This document shows, one piece after another, positions 21,470-25,795 of a DNA stretch of 25,795 bases. The DNA lies in assembly GCA_044222065.1 (NCBI GenBank), contig JBGAOA010000061.1, positions 1-25,795 on the forward strand, written 5' to 3'. A program made the translations under genes and the position numbers. Numbering within the stretch: position 1 is the stretch's first letter; each line of letters opens with the position of its first letter. Below the pieces are notes generated by a model. That model did not search any database. It saw only the letters and a list, made by a program, of their open reading frames with translations, and was not told where the DNA came from. This DNA comes from Candidatus Eiseniibacteriota bacterium (lineage in GTDB: Bacteria; Eisenbacteria; RBG-16-71-46).

Positions 21470-23062
21470 TCAGATCTTCTCGGCGATGCTCTTCGCCTGC
21501 AGGAACAGCAGCAGGTAGTCGCGGCCGCCGGCCTTGGAGTCGGTGCCGCTCATGTTGAAGCCGCCGAACGGGTGCACGCCGACGAGCGCGCCCGTGCACT
21601 TGCGGTTGATGTACAGGTTGCCGACGAAGAACTCGCGGCGCGCACGCTCGATCTTGTCGGGGTTCTTCGTGTACACGGCGCCCGTGAGTCCGAACTCGGT
21701 GTTGTTCGCGACCGCGAGCGCCTCGTCGTAGGTCTTGACCGGGATCACGGCGAGCACGGGCCCGAAGATCTCTTCGAGCGCGATCGTCGCCGTCGGCTGC
21801 ACGTCGGCGATCACCGTCGGCTGCACGAACCAGCCGTCCTTCCCCGCCACCGGCCCGCCGCCCGTCAGGAGCCGGCCCTCCCTCTTTCCCGTCTCGATGT
21901 ACGCGAGAATCTTATCGCGCGCCGACTGGCTCGACACCGGCCCCATGTAGTTGCCGTACGTGTCGGCGTCGCCGACCGTGATCTTCTCGACGCGGACTTT
22001 CAGCTTCTCGAGGAACGGCGCGTAGAGCTTCTCGCTCACGATCGCGCGCGAACACGCGCTGCACTTCTGCCCGCCGAAGCCGAACGCGGAAGCCGCGACG
22101 CCTTCCACGGCCGCGTCGAGGTCGGCCTCTTCGTCCACGATGATCGAGTCCTTGCCGCCCATCTCGGCCACGACGCGCTTCAACCAGATCTGCCCCTTCT
22201 GCACTTCGGCCGCGACCTGGTTCAGGTGGATGCCGACGTCCTTCGAGCCCGTGAACGACACGAAGCGTGTCTTCGGGTGCCGGACGATCGCCTCGCCCAC
22301 CGTGCCGCCGCCGCCCGAGACGAAGTTGAACACGCCGGCCGGCAGGCCGACTTCGTCCATCAGCTCCCAGAACTTGAACGCGATCGCCGGCGTGTCGCTC
22401 GCGGGCTTCACGACGACCGTGTTGCCCGTGACGATCGCCGCCGTCGTCATGCCGACGCAGATCGCGAGCGGGAAATTCCACGGCGGAATGATCGCGCCGA
22501 CGCCGAGCGGCAGGTACACGAGCTGGCCCTTCTCGCCGGCGACCGGCACGACGGGATGCGAGCCGTCGTAGCGCAGCGCCTCGCGCGCGTAGAACTCCAT
22601 GAAGTCCACGGCCTCGGCGGTGTCGGCATCCGCTTCGCCCCAGCTCTTGCCGATCTCGAGCACCATGAGCGCCGAGAACTCGTGACGGCGCTCGCGCATG
22701 CGCTTCGCCGCTTCGATGAGGTACGCGGCGCGCTCCGGAGCGGGCACGCGGCTCCACGTCTCGAACGTCTTCGCCGCGACGTCCACCGCTTTCACGGCCT
22801 GCTCGGCGCTCGCCGCCTGGAACACGCCGATGACTTCCGTAGGCCGCGACGGGTTCGTCGAGGTGAACGTCTTCGCGCCCTTCAGGCGCTCGCCGCCGAT
22901 GACGAGCGGATGTTCGCGGCCGTACTCGGACTTGATCTTCGCGAGCGCCTTCTCGAACGCCTCGCGGTTCGCCGGCTGGCTGAAGTCCACGTAGGTGGTG
23001 GGCGCGTACTCGGGCAGCGACTTCGCGTTCACGGGCGCGAGTCGCGTGGTCGTGGGATTCAT
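21470..23062 (-). CDS. pruA: L-glutamate gamma-semialdehyde (1-pyrroline-5-carboxylate) dehydrogenase, RocA/PruA type
   Basis: ALDH motifs IPPWNFPLAI, KPASDTP, FTGSKDVG, AEMGGKD, FGFGGQKCSACSR, EEIFGPV, NLYINRKCTGALVGVHPFGGFNMSGTDSKAGG. GGAGGAG RBS before ATG 23062. Confidence 0.95.
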   Translation of the reverse strand: MNPTTTRLAPVNAKSLPEYAPTTYVDFSQPANREAFEKALAKIKSEYGREHPLVIGGERLKGAKTFTSTNPSRPTEVIGVFQAASAEQAVKAVDVAAKTFETWSRVPAPERAAYLIEAAKRMRERRHEFSALMVLEIGKSWGEADADTAEAVDFMEFYAREALRYDGSHPVVPVAGEKGQLVYLPLGVGAIIPPWNFPLAICVGMTTAAIVTGNTVVVKPASDTPAIAFKFWELMDEVGLPAGVFNFVSGGGGTVGEAIVRHPKTRFVSFTGSKDVGIHLNQVAAEVQKGQIWLKRVVAEMGGKDSIIVDEEADLDAAVEGVAASAFGFGGQKCSACSRAIVSEKLYAPFLEKLKVRVEKITVGDADTYGNYMGPVSSQSARDKILAYIETGKREGRLLTGGGPVAGKDGWFVQPTVIADVQPTATIALEEIFGPVLAVIPVKTYDEALAVANNTEFGLTGAVYTKNPDKIERARREFFVGNLYINRKCTGALVGVHPFGGFNMSGTDSKAGGRDYLLLFLQAKSIAEKI

Positions 23063-23210
23063 GGCTCCTCCAGAGCGAGCGCCAGAATCGGCGCGGGATG
23101 GCGTGTGACGGAATGGCGCCGGGAGGATAGCGGAAGGCGTGGGAGCGTGTGGAACTGCCGCGCGGCTTGTGCCGACGGGCATCGTGGCCCCGGGGCACGC
23201 CTCGACGGCA

Positions 23211-23241
23211 GAACGGCCGCCCCGGGCGGGGGCGGCCGTTC
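23211..23241 (-). terminator. Strong hairpin downstream of the FlgD-domain ORF and upstream of pruA
   Basis: GAACGGCCGCCCC-GGGCG-GGGGCGGCCGTTC is a perfect 13-bp stem. Confidence 0.6.
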
Positions 23242-23270
23242 GCGTCGTCGCGCCGTCGCGCCGGCCGTGA

Positions 23271-23780
23271 CTACGGCAGCACGACCAGCTTCTGCTCGGC
23301 GCGCCGCGACGCTGCGATCAGTCGCGCGAGGAACACGCCGGGGCGCACGCGCTGTCCCGCAGCATCGCGGCCATCCCACGCGAACTCGTGGGCACCGGCG
23401 TCCAGCCGCGCGCCACCAATCGTGCGGACGCGCCGGCCACCGGCATCGAACAACTCGACGCGCGCCTCCGACGCCGCGTCGAGCACGAAGCGCAGCGAGG
23501 CGAGTCCGCGAATCGGGTTCGGCTGCACGGGGCGGAACTCGAACGCGTGCGTCACCGCAGCGGCGGGCGTGGCGGGTGTCAGCGCGCGCGCGGCCGCAGC
23601 GCCCGCGGCGCCCGGAATGGTGACCACGAAGAGACAGTCGTCGCCGCTGCCCTCACCGGCGCGCGACGAATAGTCGAGCGTCACGACGTCGTCGGCCACC
23701 AGCTCCGGAGCCGCGGCGTCGGCGCTCGCTCCCGCGAGGTCTCCGAGTCGCGAGTGCACGGCACTCGCGCACACGCTCAC
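23271..23780 (-). pseudogene. FlgD-Ig/T9SS-like C-terminal domain ORF, probably a 5'-truncated remnant of a larger secreted protein
   Basis: C-terminal VQPNP...LRFVL...VELFDAGGRRVRTI...FAWDGRDAAGQRVRPGVFLARL...KLVVLP. No signal peptide, and an in-frame TAG lies six codons upstream of the GTG. Confidence 0.55.
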
Positions 23781-23798
23781 CCGCCGACGTGCGTCCTA

Positions 23799-24040
23799 CG
23801 AAATGCAATTAGCATAGCGAGCACCCGACACGTCGGAGCGAGATGCAACGCGTCGCGAGTTCACAGGAACCTCCGGGGCAGGGGTCGAACTCGAATCGAG
23901 GACCGGCCGATCGCGGAGGTCGAGCGCGGGAGCAAGGGCGAAGTGGCAACCGGCGCGCAGAAACCGCTACCACCCGCGCGACTGCTCTGTCACGCTCAAT
24001 CTCCGTTCACTGGCGTGGTAGCAACCCAATTTGCATTTCG
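23799..24040. repeat. Inverted repeat pair bounding the divergent intergenic region
   Basis: CGAAATGCAA (23799-23808) is the exact reverse complement of TTGCATTTCG (24031-24040). Extending inward gives 16 of 22 matches. Confidence 0.5.
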
Positions 24041-24065
24041 ACTCACCGGCCAGCATGGAGTTCCG

Positions 24066-25795
24066 ATGTCCCGGCCCCCCATAGTCCGAATGAATCTTCT
24101 TATCGCGGCCCTGCTCGCGGCCGCGACTGCCGCGAGTGCGTGGACTCCGGAAGGCGTCCCCGTGTGCTTGAGTGGCTGTCCGGGGTACTCGCACGGACTG
24201 GTGAGCGACAGCTCGGGCGGTGCGTATGTTGGGTGGGTGGATTTTGGTGCTACCACCAGCTACGACATCTCGCTTCAGCGAATCGATCGTTCCGGTGCGA
24301 TCTCGTCGGGTTGGCCGTCGGACGGTGTTGCGGTCTGCACTCGGCCGGACGGGCAGCAGCTGACCTATCTGGCGGAAGACGGCAGTGGTGGCGCGCTACT
24401 CGCCTGGACCGATGATCACGATGTCAACGTGACGAGCCGCGACGTTTACGCCCAGCGCATCCTCGCCGACGGCTCGATCGCTCCAGGCTGGACTGCCGGC
24501 GGCGTTCCGGTGTGCCGCAACCCGGCCGCGCAGGATTTTGCGCGCGCAGTCCCCGACGGCTCCGGCGGAGCGTTCTACGTTTGGGAGGACTACCGCGGCG
24601 CCCTCGGGAGTCAAATCCCCACGGTCTTCGCGCAGCACTTGCTCGCAGACGGCAGCATTGCGCCCGGTTGGCCGGTGGATGGCAAAGCGGTGCCGCCAGA
24701 CTCAGTGAGAATCTCGTGGCACAACCTCCATCCCGACGGCGCAGGCGGGTTCTTCACGAGCTGGACCGCGAGCATCGGGACGCCACGAACCTACGTGCTG
24801 CGCTTCACCGGCGACGGGCAGATCGCTCCGGGCTGGCCCGCCACGGGCGTGCTGCTCCCCGGCTACTTCACCAGCTACCAGATGTTCGGCGACGGCGCGG
24901 GCGGCGTGTACCTGCCCGGCGTCTCGGCCACGCTGTTCCCCAACGGCGGCGACGGTGACTACCGGCTGTTCCGCGTGAGCGGCGACGGCACGATCCCGGC
25001 GGGCTGGGAAGACGGCGTGCTGCTGCGCTCGGACTCGCGCTCGGCCTACGGGCTGTTCGCCACGTCCGACCTGAAGGGCGGAGCACTCGCGGGCTGGTAC
25101 GACTACCGCGACGGGTTCGGCAGCCACGTGTTCGCGGCGCGCGTGCTGCCCTCGGGGACACTCGCTCCGGGCTGGACGCCGAACGGCACGCTGATGAGCG
25201 ATCCGCTGAACGTGAACGAGTTCGCACCGCAGTTCGCGCCCGACGGCACGGGCGGGATGTACCTGACGTGGGAGTCGTACATTGGGCCGTACAACCTCGG
25301 GCTGATCAAGCGCGTCGCGCCCGATGGCACGACCTCGCCGGGGTGGGATCCGCTCGGAGAACCGATCCGCGACAACATCTCATTGACACACATCCGCCTG
25401 ATCCCGGACGACGCGGGCGGCGCGATCGTGAGCTGGCCGGAGGAGAACCCGCCGCTCACGCGCTTCGGGGTGTTCCTGAAGCGCTACTCGCCGGGCGGCG
25501 TGGTGGCGGTGCAGCTCTCGCTGGCGAGTGCCAGGGCCGAACCGAGCGCGGTGGCGCTGGTGTGGAGCGGTGCGGGTGCTGGCGCGCTCGAGGCCCGTGT
25601 CGAGCGGCGCGGGGCGACGGGCGCGTGGGCGGCGCTCGGCGCAGCGCAGCCCGATGGAGCGGACCGGCTGCGGTTCCGCGACGAGACGGTGACGCCCGGG
25701 GCGCGCTACGCCTACCGGCTCGCCTATCGGGAGGACGGCGCCTCGCGCGTGAGTGATGAGACGTGGGTGGACGTGCCGGCCAAGTTCGCGCTCGC
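24066..25795 (+). CDS. Secreted repeat protein, probable 8-bladed beta-propeller followed by an Ig/FN3-like domain; 3' end outside window
   Basis: Not in the ORF track because it is open at the edge. GGAG RBS then ATG 24066; signal peptide MSRPPIVRMNLLIAALLAAATAASA-W. Eight repeats centred on DSSGG, DGSGG, DGSGG, DGAGG, DGAGG, DLKGG, DGTGG and DDAGG, most followed by W...R...G...GW...G. Ends VALVW...FRDETVTPGARYAYRL. Confidence 0.88.
   Translation, partial: MSRPPIVRMNLLIAALLAAATAASAWTPEGVPVCLSGCPGYSHGLVSDSSGGAYVGWVDFGATTSYDISLQRIDRSGAISSGWPSDGVAVCTRPDGQQLTYLAEDGSGGALLAWTDDHDVNVTSRDVYAQRILADGSIAPGWTAGGVPVCRNPAAQDFARAVPDGSGGAFYVWEDYRGALGSQIPTVFAQHLLADGSIAPGWPVDGKAVPPDSVRISWHNLHPDGAGGFFTSWTASIGTPRTYVLRFTGDGQIAPGWPATGVLLPGYFTSYQMFGDGAGGVYLPGVSATLFPNGGDGDYRLFRVSGDGTIPAGWEDGVLLRSDSRSAYGLFATSDLKGGALAGWYDYRDGFGSHVFAARVLPSGTLAPGWTPNGTLMSDPLNVNEFAPQFAPDGTGGMYLTWESYIGPYNLGLIKRVAPDGTTSPGWDPLGEPIRDNISLTHIRLIPDDAGGAIVSWPEENPPLTRFGVFLKRYSPGGVVAVQLSLASARAEPSAVALVWSGAGAGALEARVERRGATGAWAALGAAQPDGADRLRFRDETVTPGARYAYRLAYREDGASRVSDETWVDVPAKFAL

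Noticed and set aside
24011..24035. Sigma54 promoter suggested by TGGC and TTGCA
   Set aside because: The spacing is wrong: the -24 position reads GC, not GG, in both inverted-repeat copies.
23843..24415. 190-aa plus-strand ORF and small minus-strand ORFs in the A/T-richer region
   Set aside because: They overlap the better-supported propeller gene in other frames and lack protein-like motifs.
24066..25500. CRISPR array or DGR template/variable repeats from recurring 'gctccgggctgg'-like sequences
   Set aside because: The repeats are degenerate in-frame protein repeats, with no identical repeat-spacer units, adenine-specific mismatch pair, reverse transcriptase or cas gene.

Overview
Very GC-rich bacterial chromosomal segment. 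Its secreted proteins with C-terminal FlgD-Ig/T9SS-like domains and its 'DGxGG...W' propeller repeats resemble Candidatus Eisenbacteria or related FCB-superphylum genomes (inference only). Left to right: (1) a tightly overlapping minus-strand operon of three glycosyltransferases, an ABC exporter and a phosphotransferase-like gene cut off by the window edge; (2) a secreted IPTL-CTERM-type protein; (3) a HupE/UreJ-family membrane protein; (4) a lysophospholipase-like hydrolase coupled to a MOSC protein; (5) AmmeMemoRadiSam protein B; (6) a two-gene cassette of an unknown 145-aa protein plus an FRG-domain protein, divergent from (7) an apparently leaderless EVE-ligA-polX operon; (8) a hybrid sensor kinase whose phospho-His and ATP-binding boxes are degenerate; (9) an S8 protease; (10) pruA/rocA; (11) an apparently 5'-truncated FlgD-domain ORF; (12) an A/T-richer spacer bounded by inverted repeats; (13) a secreted 8-repeat propeller protein running off the right edge. 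No rRNA, tRNA, CRISPR array or transposase was seen. The best candidates for an undescribed system are the divergent FRG cassette / EVE-LigA-PolX locus and the pseudo-histidine kinase. All assignments come from motif reading by eye; no database searches were run.
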